From sequence record PZ154895.1: a stretch of 64,000 nucleotides of DNA; one strand, given 5' to 3'. Source of the DNA: a phage. The stretch's first letter is position 1. Each line of letters opens with the position of its first letter. Below the pieces are notes generated by a model. That model was given only the letters and a program-made list of their open reading frames with translations. It was not told where the DNA came from and did not search any database. Below are positions 10,336-29,115 of the stretch, in pieces. A program made the translations under genes and the position numbers.

Positions 10336-11145
10336 TTAGAAACGAGATGCGACTTTCGCATATACACTTACAATATCTTCTGCACCAGGTGCAGCTTTAT
10401 CTTCTACAGCTTCAGTGACGAAATTTAGTCCGGCTGCTTCAGTATCAGGAGTATTTATACCCTCAGTAATAGTGCTTTCATCTTTATTAGACTTCTTCAC
10501 CATTTCTACGATGGCACTCAATTTATTTGAGAATTCATCTGAATAATCCATACCTTCGACCAGAGCAGAGACTTTTTCTTTTTGAGACTCAGTCAGATCT
10601 TTAGTACTTTCGCTCAATGCCACTTCACGCTGCACATAATTGATATATGCGTCGCGCATATTGAGTTCTTCGAACAGACGAGCTGATTCTTCTTTATGTT
10701 CTTGCAGCTCTTCTTCCATTTCAGCCACAACATCAACTGATTCTTCTGGAACAACAACGTTGTGTTCAACAAAGAGCTCTTTTAATCCACCAAGCATGGA
10801 TTCAAACAGTTCGGCTTTGATGCCTTTATCAACTGCTAATTTATTTTCAGCGAGCCATTCTTTCGCAAGATGGTCGATGAATTTAGAAGCTTGCTCAGCG
10901 ATTTTCTTCTCAGCTTTTTCTTCGGCTTCTTCTTTATTTTTTTCTACTTCTTCTTCTGCTTTTTCAGCAATTTTAGCGATATGAGATTCAGCTAATTTAA
11001 CGGCGTGCTGCTTGACGGTAGCTTCGAATACAGTGCCGAAAGTTTCTTTTGCTTCCGGAGAAATATTAACTGATTCGAAAATACTATCAAGAGCAACGGA
11101 AGCATCAATTTTTTGCGCTTCAGCAATCAGTTGTTCTTTAAGCAT
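10336..11145 (-). CDS. 22: gp22 prohead core scaffold protein
   Basis: 269 aa, highly charged coiled-coil; T4 synteny. Confidence 0.85.
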   Translation of the reverse strand: MLKEQLIAEAQKIDASVALDSIFESVNISPEAKETFGTVFEATVKQHAVKLAESHIAKIAEKAEEEVEKNKEEAEEKAEKKIAEQASKFIDHLAKEWLAENKLAVDKGIKAELFESMLGGLKELFVEHNVVVPEESVDVVAEMEEELQEHKEESARLFEELNMRDAYINYVQREVALSESTKDLTESQKEKVSALVEGMDYSDEFSNKLSAIVEMVKKSNKDESTITEGINTPDTEAAGLNFVTEAVEDKAAPGAEDIVSVYAKVASRF

Positions 11146-11172
11146 TTTGTAGTCCTGTTGTTTAGATAATAA

Positions 11173-11180
11173 TATTTATA
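11173..11180 (-). promoter_or_regulatory. late promoter TATAAATA for gene 22
   Basis: exact motif on minus strand upstream of gene 22 start. Confidence 0.6.
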
Positions 11181-11814
11181 ACGCTTTTTTCATGGCCTCT
11201 GCGAGAGCCATATAGGCGTCATCGGCACTTGTATCGGCTTCCGCCGTCTGTGATTCGGTAATTTCCTTAGGAGTTACCCATGCATCTGGAGCACTTGGAC
11301 CCCATACTGCATCAACACCTACAGTTAATTTGAATCCTTCGTTTACGATACGATAACCTTTATTTGTGTCAGTCAATGAACCTAATCCACGAGAAGAAAC
11401 TCCTGGAATCCATCCGGCACGAATATTAGCTGCTAATTTATCTCCAGGACCGTGGTCACCTTCAATAACACGAGCTCGTCCGTATACGTCATTTCCTTTC
11501 CACCACATATCTTCTATAATGATAGCGGCTTGCATCGGGTCAACATTAGCGCGTGGAGGATGATTTAATTCTCCGAGAGCTTGTTTAGTTAAAACTTGCT
11601 CATTAATATAGTCTTTTACCGCTTTTTCTAATATGCGTTTTGGATAAAGACGTTTATTTCTATTGACGACTTCTGCTTGCATGAATATTCCTTCGATGTA
11701 TAAACCCGGTTTTAAACCTAAGTCTTTTCCATCGTGGGATTCAAGCATTGGCACACCATCAATAATTTCGCCAGGTTGACCCCAAGTTTCAATTAGTAAT
11801 TGGGGTTCATTCAT
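11176..11814 (-). CDS. 21: gp21 prohead core protease
   Basis: 212 aa; T4 synteny and size. Confidence 0.9.
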   Translation of the reverse strand: MNEPQLLIETWGQPGEIIDGVPMLESHDGKDLGLKPGLYIEGIFMQAEVVNRNKRLYPKRILEKAVKDYINEQVLTKQALGELNHPPRANVDPMQAAIIIEDMWWKGNDVYGRARVIEGDHGPGDKLAANIRAGWIPGVSSRGLGSLTDTNKGYRIVNEGFKLTVGVDAVWGPSAPDAWVTPKEITESQTAEADTSADDAYMALAEAMKKAL

Positions 11815-12239
11815 TAGCTTAATCCTAATGCTTTACGGCGTTTAAGAGCTTTTTTACGCTTACGCTGAGCACGAGATTGACCTGCTGGATTGGCAATCTT
11901 CGTTTTGGTAGCTTTGCGAGCAATTTGTCTACGTTTTGCTTTAGACAGCCCAGTGGTTTGAAATGCATTACGTTCGCGTGTTTTGCGGTCTTTAGTACGT
12001 GTAATTTCACCACGAGCTGAAACATGCTTAACAATGAATTCATTTAACGGCATATTTTCATTAATAGAAGCTAATGCAACTGCTAAATCAGTTTCATCAT
12101 CAAGCATATTCTCGATAATTGTATTTATATCGTCTTTATTTAAAGCAGAAGACAATTCGTCAAAGCGACCCTGTGCTTCAGGAATAAGTGCTTCGACATT
12201 CTCGAGAACTAATTCATGAGTTTCAGGGATCAGAAGCAT
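11814..12239 (-). CDS. 68: gp68 prohead core protein
   Basis: 141 aa basic C-terminus; T4 synteny. Confidence 0.75.
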   Translation of the reverse strand: MLLIPETHELVLENVEALIPEAQGRFDELSSALNKDDINTIIENMLDDETDLAVALASINENMPLNEFIVKHVSARGEITRTKDRKTRERNAFQTTGLSKAKRRQIARKATKTKIANPAGQSRAQRKRKKALKRRKALGLS

Positions 12240-12483
12240 TATTCATCATCCTCGTCTTCGTCATCTTCGTCAGAGTCTTTGTCTTTTTTGTCGTCTTTAT
12301 CATCACTATCTTCGTCTTCATCATCCTCGTCTTCAGGTTCTTCACCTTCGATTAAGAAATTACGAGCGATAGCGATTTTTTCTTCTTTAATTAAATCAAT
12401 CGTTCTTGCAGCCATGGCTTCAGCAAATAATTTACGAGCGGCTACGAGGTCGTTTGATTTAATAGCTTCAATTAAACCTTCCA

Positions 12484-12484
<1 letters not shown>
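12239..12484 (-). CDS. 67: gp67 prohead core protein
   Basis: 81 aa with poly-acidic tail; T4 synteny. Confidence 0.75.
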
Positions 12485-14109
<1,625 letters not shown>

Positions 14110-14141
14110 TTAAGCAGGATGGGGATTTCTCCCCATTCATT

Positions 14142-14633
14142 TTATTCCCAATAATCGAGAGCGAGAGTTACTTCAAAGGTTTGAATTTCATTGTTTGAAT
14201 CCCAATCTAATTGAAGTTCACCCACGTTAGTAGGCCACAGGCCTTTAATTTCGACTTCTTTTGTTACAGTTTTAGCGTCACGAGCATATTGGCGAACAAC
14301 AGCGCTCTTTTTATACTCTGCTGGTTTTCCACCAGTAATTTCGTTCCCTTGCCCAGCAGCAATGCTTTGCCAATCAACAAACTTCTGGCGAGCATCATGT
14401 GCCTCATCGTTCATTACTGTAATAGTCCAGTCATCGAATGTACGATCGCCTGCTACGTTAATTTTACGGTTCATAAATCCGACTGGAATTTTTTCTACAA
14501 TACCAGCTGGTAAAGCAGTGGCTTTACATTGAAACGTAAAATTTTGTCCAAGATAAGAAATTTCTACTTGGAATAAGTTAGGTCGAGCAAAATCACCAGA
14601 TTCAAACGCTCGTGTTACATCATCTACAAACAT
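14142..14633 (-). CDS. 19: gp19 tail tube protein
   Basis: 163 aa; size and position as T4. Confidence 0.9.
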   Translation of the reverse strand: MFVDDVTRAFESGDFARPNLFQVEISYLGQNFTFQCKATALPAGIVEKIPVGFMNRKINVAGDRTFDDWTITVMNDEAHDARQKFVDWQSIAAGQGNEITGGKPAEYKKSAVVRQYARDAKTVTKEVEIKGLWPTNVGELQLDWDSNNEIQTFEVTLALDYWE

Positions 14634-14647
14634 ATTAGCCTCTGTAG

Positions 14648-14655
14648 TATTTATA
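14648..14655 (-). promoter_or_regulatory. late promoter TATAAATA for gene 19 (second copy at 14707-14714)
   Basis: exact motif on minus strand upstream of gene 19 start. Confidence 0.6.
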
Positions 14656-14749
14656 TCCCTATGTTTAACCTAGGGCATATAGAATTAAAGAATTAAGGAT
14701 ATAGTGTATTTATATGGCCTGCCGAAACAGGCCTTTAGAATGCACCGTA

Positions 14750-16729
14750 TTAACCTGCAAGACCAGTTAACTCATCGAAATCTGCACCAGTAGCAGTTGC
14801 TACGAAGTTCAAGGTAATGTAGTTAATGCTTCTAGCCGGTTGGATGTAGAATGTTGCAACAAACTCATTTCTATCAATTACTGACGGAGTGTTATTTGTT
14901 GTATCGCAAACTACACGATATTCATAAATTCCACCGAGAGCTTTAATTCCCTGTAAGTATTGGGCAGTTTCTGTGCGGAATGATGAACGAGTAAACGCGT
15001 TGTTTAATTCGAACAAACGATATTTTGAACTACGTCCGATATTCGTTTTCAACATATTAAACAGACGACGAACGTTAATACGATCAAATGGAGAAGGAAC
15101 AGAAGTAGCTGTTTTATCACCATACAATACGTAACCATCACCACCTGTACCGGTTACCGGGTTGATAGCTTCTTGGTATAAACGATCGCGCTGCGCCTGG
15201 CGAGTTTCAATAGCAAGTTTAATAACGTTAAGAATCTGGCCACGATTATAACCAGCTGGAGACATCCAAGTCTGAGAAACGTTATCGGTTCTTGCACATA
15301 AACCAGCAATATCAGCTGCTAATGGAACCCAGCGATTTACATCATTATATTTGTCATACTGATATTTGTAGTTACCATCAATTGCTGCGTAGGTTGAACT
15401 GATATTAAAGTTATTATCAGTGTATGAACCTGCTGCAGTTCTCCAATTGACTAAGTTATCAACAGCACGAGTTACAGGAATTCCAACTACAGTTTCACGC
15501 GGTGGTGAGCACAATACCAAGCAATCTTGGCGAGCATCCCCGATTGAAACAACATGTTTTTGGACAGTAGATGCTGTTTCTAAAGATTCACCGGCACAAG
15601 AGCCAGCAATAAACAACTGAACATCAACGGATTCACGGTCAGCAAAGAAGTCCCAAGCTTCCATCAAATCTCCTGCTGTTACTTCAGCATTTGATGATAA
15701 TCCGCCAGACAGAGTTAAAATTCCAGAGAAGCCTTCTGGCCAGTTTTGTGCAGTTGCGAAAATATATTCTGAACCACCTTTTGCGAAAAAGTCATCAATA
15801 TAGATGTTACTATCGTAAATATCTTTTTCACCACGCTTTGTTGAAAGAACAACGCTTTGAACAATAGCATCATTGCGACGAACTATAATAGCGTATTGTG
15901 AATCAGTTTGTGGTCCATATCCAAACACTGCTTTGGCAGTAGATGCGCGTGTTCCGCCACCTGGATAAATTGGGAGTAATGCAGAAGCACCTTTTGCGTA
16001 GTCAGCTTTAGATACGATTTCAATTTCGATTTTATCGCCCAACTCACCTGGATAAAGAGCTACTACTCCTGGAATTCCATATTTTTCAAGATTTGTTTGA
16101 AATTCAACCGCTGTCATGGCAGCTTCAGCATTTTCAATTTCAGCTAATAAAATACCAGAATCAGTAATAATTTTTCCAAGGGTTATTACTGCAGCTAAAC
16201 CAGAGGAAGACGAAGAAATTTCCGCGGTCCAGTTAGAACCTAATGCTGGATATTCACCAACTTCTTTCGCTTTAGCGATAATTTTTGCGGTAGGAATATT
16301 AATTTTCTTAATTTTTCCATCAGCATCTACTTCGGTAATTTTACCTTCCGTTTCAATGTCTTCTGAAACATACTTAACTGTGATTTTATCTCCAACCGCG
16401 TAGTTACTACCTGGGGTAGAAATAGTGTATTCAATATTACCAGCAATCGGAGATGAGTTTTTAGCGGTATCTCTATCGACAGCACGCACAACTCGCAAAT
16501 CATTTCCATATTGTAAGAAATTCATTGCAGACATAAAATAATCAGCAGTTTCAGCTGTAGGTTGACCAAAAGTATTAACTAAATCTACTTCATTTGTAAC
16601 CTGTTTGATCTGAAAAGCAGGACCCCACTGGAATTTACCGGCCAAAGCTGCTGTACCAGTAGAGTTATTAACCACGGTGCTTTGAACCGTAGTTTCTTTG
16701 AGCTCAATGCCCGGAGATAATAAAGTCAT
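14750..16729 (-). CDS. 18: gp18 tail sheath protein
   Basis: 659 aa; size and position as T4. Confidence 0.92.
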   Translation of the reverse strand: MTLLSPGIELKETTVQSTVVNNSTGTAALAGKFQWGPAFQIKQVTNEVDLVNTFGQPTAETADYFMSAMNFLQYGNDLRVVRAVDRDTAKNSSPIAGNIEYTISTPGSNYAVGDKITVKYVSEDIETEGKITEVDADGKIKKINIPTAKIIAKAKEVGEYPALGSNWTAEISSSSSGLAAVITLGKIITDSGILLAEIENAEAAMTAVEFQTNLEKYGIPGVVALYPGELGDKIEIEIVSKADYAKGASALLPIYPGGGTRASTAKAVFGYGPQTDSQYAIIVRRNDAIVQSVVLSTKRGEKDIYDSNIYIDDFFAKGGSEYIFATAQNWPEGFSGILTLSGGLSSNAEVTAGDLMEAWDFFADRESVDVQLFIAGSCAGESLETASTVQKHVVSIGDARQDCLVLCSPPRETVVGIPVTRAVDNLVNWRTAAGSYTDNNFNISSTYAAIDGNYKYQYDKYNDVNRWVPLAADIAGLCARTDNVSQTWMSPAGYNRGQILNVIKLAIETRQAQRDRLYQEAINPVTGTGGDGYVLYGDKTATSVPSPFDRINVRRLFNMLKTNIGRSSKYRLFELNNAFTRSSFRTETAQYLQGIKALGGIYEYRVVCDTTNNTPSVIDRNEFVATFYIQPARSINYITLNFVATATGADFDELTGLAG

Positions 16730-16757
16730 TTTTAATCCTCTTTAATATGCTTTAATA

Positions 16758-19898
<3,141 letters not shown>

Positions 19899-19939
19899 GA
19901 TTTCTCCTAATCTGGGCTTTAATTAGTTTATAATATTTA

Positions 19940-21641
<1,702 letters not shown>

Positions 21642-21654
21642 TTAAAAATCCTTT

Positions 21655-21670
21655 GGGGCCTTACGGCCCC
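21655..21670 (-). terminator. terminator hairpin between wac and gene 13
   Basis: hairpin ggggcc-ttac-ggcccc with T-rich tract on minus strand. Confidence 0.5.
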
Positions 21671-21673
21671 ATG

Positions 21674-23137
21674 TTATGCTGGTGATAAAAAGGTAGAAAG
21701 TAATACCCATTCGCCGTCTTTACGAACGTAAGCTTGACCATCTTTTGGAGCTTCAGGAATATAACCTGCTTCTTGTAGAGCTTGAACATCACCTTGCAGA
21801 GAAGATATACTGCCTTTGGCTGTATTCACTTCTTGCGTAACTGATGCAATGTTGGTTTCGTTAGTTTTTATTGAGTTGGTTAATCCACGTTCTTCAACAG
21901 TTGAACCATTTGGATTAGTTCCATTTACTAAAGTATTTAACGCTACAACTTGCCCTTTAATTCCTGCGCTGTTATTACCAATCTCTACTTGTAGGTTTTG
22001 AACATCGTTGTTCAAGCTTGAAACAGAAGTTTCAATTGTAGAAACTCGGTTTAAAAGAGACCCAGGAGGAGAAGGTTGTCCACCGCTAGAATCAGTTCCA
22101 ACAATTTGGTTTAACCACGAAACATTCGCTCTTAAACCAGATGAAGTGTTTTCACCGACGATTCCATTTAGAGCTTCGATTGAAGTTGTGTTATCTTTGA
22201 TTTGGCCTTTAATACTCGAAGGAATATCATCTGAACCAATGGAAGTTTCAATAACGGTTAAACGCTGTTTAATACCTCCACTTTGATTTAGCTCTAAATT
22301 AATAGATGCAATATTATCAGTGTTTGTATTAACATTCGTAATAATCGAATTATTTCCTGGATATCCTATTGAGGTCTTAATAGCACTAATGTCAGATTCA
22401 ACTGTTGTCTGTTTAGTGTCAATTTCATTTAAGCGACTGTAAACAGTTTGTGAAAACGATGGTGGTTTAGGTCCAAGTTCTTCGCGAAGATTACCAACTT
22501 CAATAGTCAAAGAACCTACGTCAGATTCAATAAATTTTGTTTCTAATTCGCTTAAACGTATTCCCTGTGAAGTAATGACATCAGTATTATTAATAATGCG
22601 ATGCTTCATTCCTGTGCTAGGATTTCCTACAACAGGAAGACCATTAATATCTTGACCCGTGTATTGTCCAAGTTCACGCTTTATCCATAGTAAATCATTT
22701 CTGATCGTTCTGTATACAGAGTTGGCCTCGGAGTTAAATGGACCAATATCAGCAAGAATGCTGTCAACTGTACTATTGGTTCCATTTAATATTTCTGTAT
22801 GTTCACTGGTTAGCGTTTTAAGGTCAGAAATATCCTTTTTATTGATACTTATTTGGGCCAAAGCTTCAATATCACCAGATACATCTAAGATACCCTGAAT
22901 TGTTTTAATATCACTATTTGCGGTTTCTAAAGATGTTTTAAGTATTCCAATGTTTTTATCAAGAACTTCAACATTTCTTAGTACAGAAACTGTAGGTCTA
23001 TTCATTGAGCCTTCACTTCCATACTGTGTGTCAGCTCCTAATATTTCTTCGCCGTTTTTAATCCAGGAAATGCGGCTCTGGCCCTCTGCAGGAGGGCCGT
23101 CAACGAATGGTAAGTCATTCAGTACAATATCTGTCAT
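21674..23137 (-). CDS. wac: fibritin (whisker antigen control)
   Basis: 487 aa; long coiled-coil with Ser/Thr/Asn-rich heptads; T4 synteny. Confidence 0.9.
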   Translation of the reverse strand: MTDIVLNDLPFVDGPPAEGQSRISWIKNGEEILGADTQYGSEGSMNRPTVSVLRNVEVLDKNIGILKTSLETANSDIKTIQGILDVSGDIEALAQISINKKDISDLKTLTSEHTEILNGTNSTVDSILADIGPFNSEANSVYRTIRNDLLWIKRELGQYTGQDINGLPVVGNPSTGMKHRIINNTDVITSQGIRLSELETKFIESDVGSLTIEVGNLREELGPKPPSFSQTVYSRLNEIDTKQTTVESDISAIKTSIGYPGNNSIITNVNTNTDNIASINLELNQSGGIKQRLTVIETSIGSDDIPSSIKGQIKDNTTSIEALNGIVGENTSSGLRANVSWLNQIVGTDSSGGQPSPPGSLLNRVSTIETSVSSLNNDVQNLQVEIGNNSAGIKGQVVALNTLVNGTNPNGSTVEERGLTNSIKTNETNIASVTQEVNTAKGSISSLQGDVQALQEAGYIPEAPKDGQAYVRKDGEWVLLSTFLSPA

Positions 23138-24717
23138 TCTTTTACCTTAATTATGTAGTTTAAAGAAATGTTCCATGGACGTGTTTCATTTCCAATTAAT
23201 TCAGGACGATTTAGTGTATATTTGGAATTTCGTTGTGATGCTGGGTCAATTTCATATCCATCATTGGTAAAGTATGAACGGTTATCCCAGTCAAGTCCTT
23301 TACGTGTACCAACAAAATTTGATCTACGGGTATTACCGAATGCTCCAGAATCATCATGCTCACCAAATCCGCCAGCGTGTTTATGATAAGACATCTGCTG
23401 TTTTTGTACTTCGCCAACATATCCACCGGTACAACCTACACCTAATCTAGGCTTACCAAATTGGTCATTACCATTAACGTTTGGATTTGTTAAGTGAGAG
23501 CCACGACCAGAGCCACGAACAAAAAGACCACGCATATCAGGTAATCCAGGATTTGATGAGCTTCCGCCGTATCTTGTTCCAATTCTAGAAGCATATAACG
23601 GACAATCTGATGCTGAAACAGTTCCACCATGACAGAAGCGCCAAGCATCACTAGGAAGGCTATCAGCCGCCCACATCATAATAGCTCCGACAGGAATAGT
23701 TCTATCTATTTCATTTTGCGTTACAACACGCTTACCTTGAATATAACCACCGGTCATGTTAACTGTTCCGGTAATATTTGCTCCACCTGAAGCTATTGTA
23801 AGCGTATTATTAATGCGAAGTGTTCCATTAATCGTTTGACCACCTCTTTGGTGGATAACGTCAGCATTCCAAGCTAATGCCGATGAAGCATCGCCTCCGC
23901 TCTGTGAACCGGCGGTTGTAGTTAATTTAACTACGCCTCTCATTGACGTTGTAGAACCGCGACCATTAAGAGTTGCACCAGTAACAGCAACAGAAGCATT
24001 ATTCGAGTTAACTTCTGATTGCGTTCCTAATTTAATTACGCCTTTATATTCTTCAGTAGCAGTAGAATTCATTAATGTATAAGGAGAAATTGCATAGCCT
24101 TCTCTTAAAGTTCCTTGACGAACTTGAGCTACTGTTGCTAATTGAACAACACCTTGGTCAGATTCGGTAGCTGTGGTTTCAGAAGGAGCAATTTGCGCAA
24201 TTAATTTAATAGCTAACTGTTGTGTTTTTAACGGAGTCATTGCAGTAGTATCATCAGCACCTGCCAATGCTTGCGGCAATGACGAAATTTTAATAACTCC
24301 ATTCTTTGATTCAGTTGAAACACGAGTTTCAAAGGCATTATTAAGGGCAACAGTAAATTTAGCAGGAGTTATAGAAGATTCATTATTAACTCCGGCAATT
24401 GCTTCATCATTGGTTGAATATCTTGTTAATCCGTAAACAGTTTCAGTTGCGTTTGGATAAGATAATCTTGTTGCCAACGTTGCTGGTGTAACTGCTTTGG
24501 TATTATCAGTTCCGTCGATAACTTCCTGTTCAGTGGCAAGAAATAAAATTCCCTTTGTTGTTGATGATGCATCAGGAACTCCATTTACACCAGCAGGAGA
24601 AATGGCTGCTATAGCAGCCTGAACATCAGTAATCTCTGCTGGAAAATTTGTGCCAGTTGGATCAAATTTTACATAGCGAGATTCATTAGAAACGTGTTGG
24701 TATGTATTATTACTCAT
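23134..24717 (-). CDS. 12: gp12 short tail fiber
   Basis: 527 aa; T4 synteny and size. Confidence 0.9.
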   Translation of the reverse strand: MSNNTYQHVSNESRYVKFDPTGTNFPAEITDVQAAIAAISPAGVNGVPDASSTTKGILFLATEQEVIDGTDNTKAVTPATLATRLSYPNATETVYGLTRYSTNDEAIAGVNNESSITPAKFTVALNNAFETRVSTESKNGVIKISSLPQALAGADDTTAMTPLKTQQLAIKLIAQIAPSETTATESDQGVVQLATVAQVRQGTLREGYAISPYTLMNSTATEEYKGVIKLGTQSEVNSNNASVAVTGATLNGRGSTTSMRGVVKLTTTAGSQSGGDASSALAWNADVIHQRGGQTINGTLRINNTLTIASGGANITGTVNMTGGYIQGKRVVTQNEIDRTIPVGAIMMWAADSLPSDAWRFCHGGTVSASDCPLYASRIGTRYGGSSSNPGLPDMRGLFVRGSGRGSHLTNPNVNGNDQFGKPRLGVGCTGGYVGEVQKQQMSYHKHAGGFGEHDDSGAFGNTRRSNFVGTRKGLDWDNRSYFTNDGYEIDPASQRNSKYTLNRPELIGNETRPWNISLNYIIKVKE

Positions 24718-25373
24718 GCTGTTCTCTCAAAATGATAAAGTACTATTGGAGTTTGCTGATTATCTAAAGTTACAGTTTGTGCACCAAGCAAATTCCATGT
24801 GCCATATCCAGGCTTAGATTCTGAAATAATTTCTTGGGAAATAGTTATTCCATATGTGGAATATGTGCTTAATACATGTTTCTGATTATCTAAATAAGTA
24901 ACTTCTAATTTACTACCATCGGTTGGATGGTCTTTATATGAATTGATAGCAGTAAATGACGCAATAGCTTCTTGTAGAGCAACACGAACTTTGGCGACAA
25001 ACTCAATAGCTGTCATTCCGGTTGTTGCTGAAACTGGAAGACCGAATACTAATACAGTAACAGGAGAACCAGGAGGAAGCGAATCATCTGTTACAGTTCC
25101 CGAAAATGCCCAATAATCAGTTTGAGAAACACCCTCAGGAGAAACACCAGTTTTATTAGTAATAATTGTACCAACGTCTTTTATAGAAAAATTATGAACG
25201 TCATTAATAGCTGATTCTACGTTTGGTTCATAAAATCCTTTCGCTAATTGAGAAATTGTCACTGACCCAACTGATTGACGATTCATTACATCGATGTCAC
25301 CAGTTTTAGGTCTAAAACCAAGAAAATCGGCTAAGCGGGAAATAACTCCCGCTTTATTATTAAGTAAACTCAT
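24714..25373 (-). CDS. 11: gp11 baseplate wedge, short tail fiber attachment
   Basis: 219 aa from [10 protein letters not shown] (start adjusted, TAATG overlap with gene 10 stop). Confidence 0.85.
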   Translation of the reverse strand: MSLLNNKAGVISRLADFLGFRPKTGDIDVMNRQSVGSVTISQLAKGFYEPNVESAINDVHNFSIKDVGTIITNKTGVSPEGVSQTDYWAFSGTVTDDSLPPGSPVTVLVFGLPVSATTGMTAIEFVAKVRVALQEAIASFTAINSYKDHPTDGSKLEVTYLDNQKHVLSTYSTYGITISQEIISESKPGYGTWNLLGAQTVTLDNQQTPIVLYHFERTA

Positions 25374-27181
25374 TATGCAATCCTTATCCAACGATAAACT
25401 GTAATATATGGTTGAATGTTAGTTATTGATGTTGGCGGAGTGTGAGTAGAGTTAGTAGATGCTTTAGCTTCACGGTATTTCGTGTAAACTGGACCGGATT
25501 CATCTGGATCGTATTGACATCCACCAACAATGACTGATCCATTTTCATCAACTATTAGAACTTCTTCATCTGTCTCAGTTGCAGGAAGATTAGCATTTTC
25601 CAATGTAACAGAAGTAGAACCGCCTGTTCCACCCGCCGTATGTGAAGGATTTCCACCCGAATCTAAATCGTTATTATTTAGAGCAAAGTTAGGGTCCGAA
25701 ATATCTTCATTCCATCCAACTAAAACTTTTCCTTGCCCAAATAATTTCCATGAGCCGAATCCCATATATGTAACAGGGTTATTTGGATTAACAGCGTTTT
25801 CATATATAGTTCCAATAGGATAAATCGTATCAAAGATATTTGAAACAGCATTAAATTCGCGTTGATAGGATTGAACTGCTTCTACATTTGGCCAACCAAT
25901 TTTATCGAAGTCTGTTAAATTTACATCACCAGAAATATCTACTCCTGGTCCTTGCGATACATAGAGATTATCAGTTTCATCAATAATCTCGTCTTTTGTT
26001 AATAATGTACCTAAATCATTATTAAACCAGGTGATATTGATAATGTCGCCATGCTCAAATACTCTATCGAAATGTAAAATTTCCGGTATGCCGTTTTCAT
26101 CAGTTTCAACTGAATAGTCGGTATGAGACTGTTCCCAAGTTCCACCTAAAACAGAGCATTCTACTTCATCGTCTGAATCTGCACCGACACAATGAAATAA
26201 TGGCATTCCAACTGTTCCAGCCAATTCTTGTAAAATTCCATTAAAACGAACCTCAAGAGAATTAGGATTAATAGGTTCACCTGGAATTAATCCAAAAGCT
26301 GAAAACGGAATTGATTTCATTGTTGATAAATCAGTAACGTAAATGCTTCCTTCTAAAGAAGTCTTTGACGTTAATTTTGAATCTAACACTCTAATTTGAC
26401 GTCTTGTATATGAACTTCTCCACTGTGATACGCCATCCATAAATGTTTCAATTTGAACAGTATCACCAATATTACAAGGCTGTCTTAATCGAATATTAAA
26501 TCCATCAAGAGGAACTAATTCGCCTTCATTTTCGCCCGGAGAGCCAAAATCACTGTTTTCACTAAATACATCGCCGTAATACAATTCGTTACCACGATGT
26601 TTTACTCTGATGTTATTTACATTATAACTAGTTCCACGGAAAACATCTAAAAAGTCTGTTTGTCCTTGGACTTCGACTAAAAATTCTTTACGAGCTACAT
26701 TACTAATGTCTGAACTGGTAATTTTGTCAATTTGTTTATTTTTGACATATTCCCAACGTCCTGGGGCGCAATACACTAATTCCAAATCGCTGAATTGAAC
26801 ATTAATTTCAACTGGTACTGCAGACCCTTTAATTGTATCGCCGGAAGCAGCTACTAATGTAACTGGGTTGACGTTCCATGTAGCAAATACGTCTCTAGCT
26901 CTAATTACCTTGTTGTAATCATTGACAGTTCCTTTTGGAAGATTTATAGTCACTCTTCCAGAAGAGGTATTAATAGCGTATGATTTTCCCCACTCAGCTT
27001 TTAATGTTTGACCAGATGAAGCATCATAAGTTTTCCAGGCACCGGCTGAATATGGAACATCTCCATCACCAAGCTCGTAATAAAGCTCATCAAAGTTTTC
27101 ATTTATTTTTATACCACCTTTACGCAGGTAGTCACCGGTACCATCATCAACAACATTACCGATATTAATATTTTGTTTCAT
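25373..27181 (-). CDS. 10: gp10 baseplate wedge protein
   Basis: 602 aa; T4 synteny and size. Confidence 0.9.
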   Translation of the reverse strand: MKQNINIGNVVDDGTGDYLRKGGIKINENFDELYYELGDGDVPYSAGAWKTYDASSGQTLKAEWGKSYAINTSSGRVTINLPKGTVNDYNKVIRARDVFATWNVNPVTLVAASGDTIKGSAVPVEINVQFSDLELVYCAPGRWEYVKNKQIDKITSSDISNVARKEFLVEVQGQTDFLDVFRGTSYNVNNIRVKHRGNELYYGDVFSENSDFGSPGENEGELVPLDGFNIRLRQPCNIGDTVQIETFMDGVSQWRSSYTRRQIRVLDSKLTSKTSLEGSIYVTDLSTMKSIPFSAFGLIPGEPINPNSLEVRFNGILQELAGTVGMPLFHCVGADSDDEVECSVLGGTWEQSHTDYSVETDENGIPEILHFDRVFEHGDIINITWFNNDLGTLLTKDEIIDETDNLYVSQGPGVDISGDVNLTDFDKIGWPNVEAVQSYQREFNAVSNIFDTIYPIGTIYENAVNPNNPVTYMGFGSWKLFGQGKVLVGWNEDISDPNFALNNNDLDSGGNPSHTAGGTGGSTSVTLENANLPATETDEEVLIVDENGSVIVGGCQYDPDESGPVYTKYREAKASTNSTHTPPTSITNIQPYITVYRWIRIA

Positions 27182-28047
27182 TATTGAGCCACCCCGATTT
27201 TCTGCGTAGCGATAACTTTAACTGCTGCTCTCATACCGACAGTTGAAGAACTTATAGTCGCCGTTACATAATTTTCTTTAATACTAAATGCAATATTAGC
27301 GATTTCGTCTTCTTCGGTTTCATTCCCAACTCGCATGACAGCATATTCAGAAGAAATGACCTCTGAATTAACAGTATCCACAAGAATATTTATTTCTGCC
27401 GTTTTAATTTTTCTTCCATCTACCGATTGACATGTAACTAACAATTTAGCCATGTTATATTCAGTACGATGAAATAGTGGAATATCAACTGATCCGGATG
27501 TAGAAATATTCCATGTACCTTCAGCAGGTGATTCCTTTTGTCCAAACATACTTTCAATAGAATAATTCCAAACTGATGTAGAATTATCAGATGAAATACA
27601 ACGTAAAGTTACTTTACTATATGGGCTAGTTACTACTAAATTACCAGAAACACCTTTAATTGAATCAATCGCTTGAATCGTTAAAGGATTAGTAACTGAT
27701 ATAGATCCATTTGAGTTAATAAATTCAACGCAATCACCAAGTTCGCCTCTTTCAATGATAACTTTAACACCTACAGTAGAGGTATCAATATCATGTCTAG
27801 TGCCAACTTTTACTGGAGTTGCGTACTCTGCAATAGAGTGTTTTTGATAATATCCAGTAGCATGGATAATTTGGCCATCTGCTCCAGTTCCATTTGCTAC
27901 TGCCATTTTACGTTGATCGCCAAACGCATTATAAATTGCGTTAAAATCACTATTAATTTTATTACCACCGTCGAATAAGATATCACCAGTAGAAGCGTTA
28001 CCAATTTCGCCGGTATCAATCAATTTCTTTGGTTCTTGAATGAACAT
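27181..28047 (-). CDS. 9: gp9 baseplate wedge, long tail fiber socket
   Basis: 288 aa; T4 synteny and size. Confidence 0.9.
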   Translation of the reverse strand: MFIQEPKKLIDTGEIGNASTGDILFDGGNKINSDFNAIYNAFGDQRKMAVANGTGADGQIIHATGYYQKHSIAEYATPVKVGTRHDIDTSTVGVKVIIERGELGDCVEFINSNGSISVTNPLTIQAIDSIKGVSGNLVVTSPYSKVTLRCISSDNSTSVWNYSIESMFGQKESPAEGTWNISTSGSVDIPLFHRTEYNMAKLLVTCQSVDGRKIKTAEINILVDTVNSEVISSEYAVMRVGNETEEDEIANIAFSIKENYVTATISSSTVGMRAAVKVIATQKIGVAQ

Positions 28048-28071
28048 AGCTGTTTCCTTATGAGTTTATAG

Positions 28072-28079
28072 TATTTATA
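28072..28079 (-). promoter_or_regulatory. late promoter TATAAATA for gene 9
   Basis: exact motif on minus strand upstream of gene 9 start. Confidence 0.6.
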
Positions 28080-28087
28080 AAGAAAAA

Positions 28088-28106
28088 GGGAGCCCATGGG
28101 CTCCCT
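28088..28106 (-). terminator. intrinsic terminator after gene 8
   Basis: hairpin gggagccc/gggctccc followed by T-run on minus strand. Confidence 0.65.
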
Positions 28107-28110
28107 TAAG

Positions 28111-29115
28111 TTAAAATGTAAACAGAATATTGATTTCTTCTGTTTGATCCATTGCCATGATAATAGGTGGCCTATTTTCCATATAAATCATTTCGCCCGA
28201 ATGCCTCATTAAATCTTCCGGATCATAATAATCCTTTTCAGCTTTAACGTTTGGGTCATTTGGATGAGCTTTAGCTTCAAGAGGATTCGTGATTATTGAT
28301 ATTTGTCTAAATCCTTTATTTCCCGGCAATGCAGCTTCAGGAAAATAAACTGAATCTAAATATGCTTTAAAACGAATAGTATTTGCCTTAACCCGGTAAA
28401 TTAATCCAAAATCATCTTGCTGCCATGTGAGATTATCTTCATATCCCCATCTAGTCGGGTCTTCTTTTAATTCCTCAGGCCAAGGAACCACGATATATTC
28501 ATTCGTGCATCTATTTATAGACACATCAGGCGGAATCTCAAAAAGATATTCCCAAACATATCCGTCTCCAGGTTCAATTGTTCCTTCCGCGTCTCCTCGA
28601 CCTTCAGGAGGAGTCATTGACCTAGCAGAAGGAGTCCATTTTCCACCTAACTTAAGGCATTCATCCTTATTAGTTAAAGACTCAATTGAACACATTCCGG
28701 TATCAGGAACATCTAAACAACGATATACTAACCAGCCTGCGCCTGATTCGGTAGCATTGTAAGGAGCTGAGTTACATACTACAATATCGTTAATTCTAAA
28801 TGTGTATGGATCCGGATATCTAGTATCTCCCCAATCTCGACGAGGAATAACTGCATCAAGCATAGATGGAAGAACCTTCACGGTTCCCATCATATGAGTC
28901 CACATGTCAGTTACACCTAATACAGAATCGGTGGGATAAGGTGGGGCAAATCCCACCTCATTTTCATTTGATGACCATGGTTCTGATCTTCCAAATGTGA
29001 TAAAGATAGTGTTTTTATCCGGACCATTTCCAATTGAATTATAAAAATTCAACATTTTTTCTGTTCTAAATTTTGAAGTAACTATCGCACGATAGATAAC
29101 ACTTGAATCATTCAT
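28111..29115 (-). CDS. 8: gp8 baseplate wedge protein
   Basis: 334 aa; T4 synteny and size. Confidence 0.88.
   Translation of the reverse strand: MNDSSVIYRAIVTSKFRTEKMLNFYNSIGNGPDKNTIFITFGRSEPWSSNENEVGFAPPYPTDSVLGVTDMWTHMMGTVKVLPSMLDAVIPRRDWGDTRYPDPYTFRINDIVVCNSAPYNATESGAGWLVYRCLDVPDTGMCSIESLTNKDECLKLGGKWTPSARSMTPPEGRGDAEGTIEPGDGYVWEYLFEIPPDVSINRCTNEYIVVPWPEELKEDPTRWGYEDNLTWQQDDFGLIYRVKANTIRFKAYLDSVYFPEAALPGNKGFRQISIITNPLEAKAHPNDPNVKAEKDYYDPEDLMRHSGEMIYMENRPPIIMAMDQTEEINILFTF

Noticed and set aside
14717-14734. Hairpin ggcctg-ccgaaa-caggcc between genes 18 and 19 as a terminator
   Set aside because: The T-run is on the plus strand, where no gene is transcribed; on the minus strand it is followed by a late-promoter motif rather than a U-tract, so its role is ambiguous
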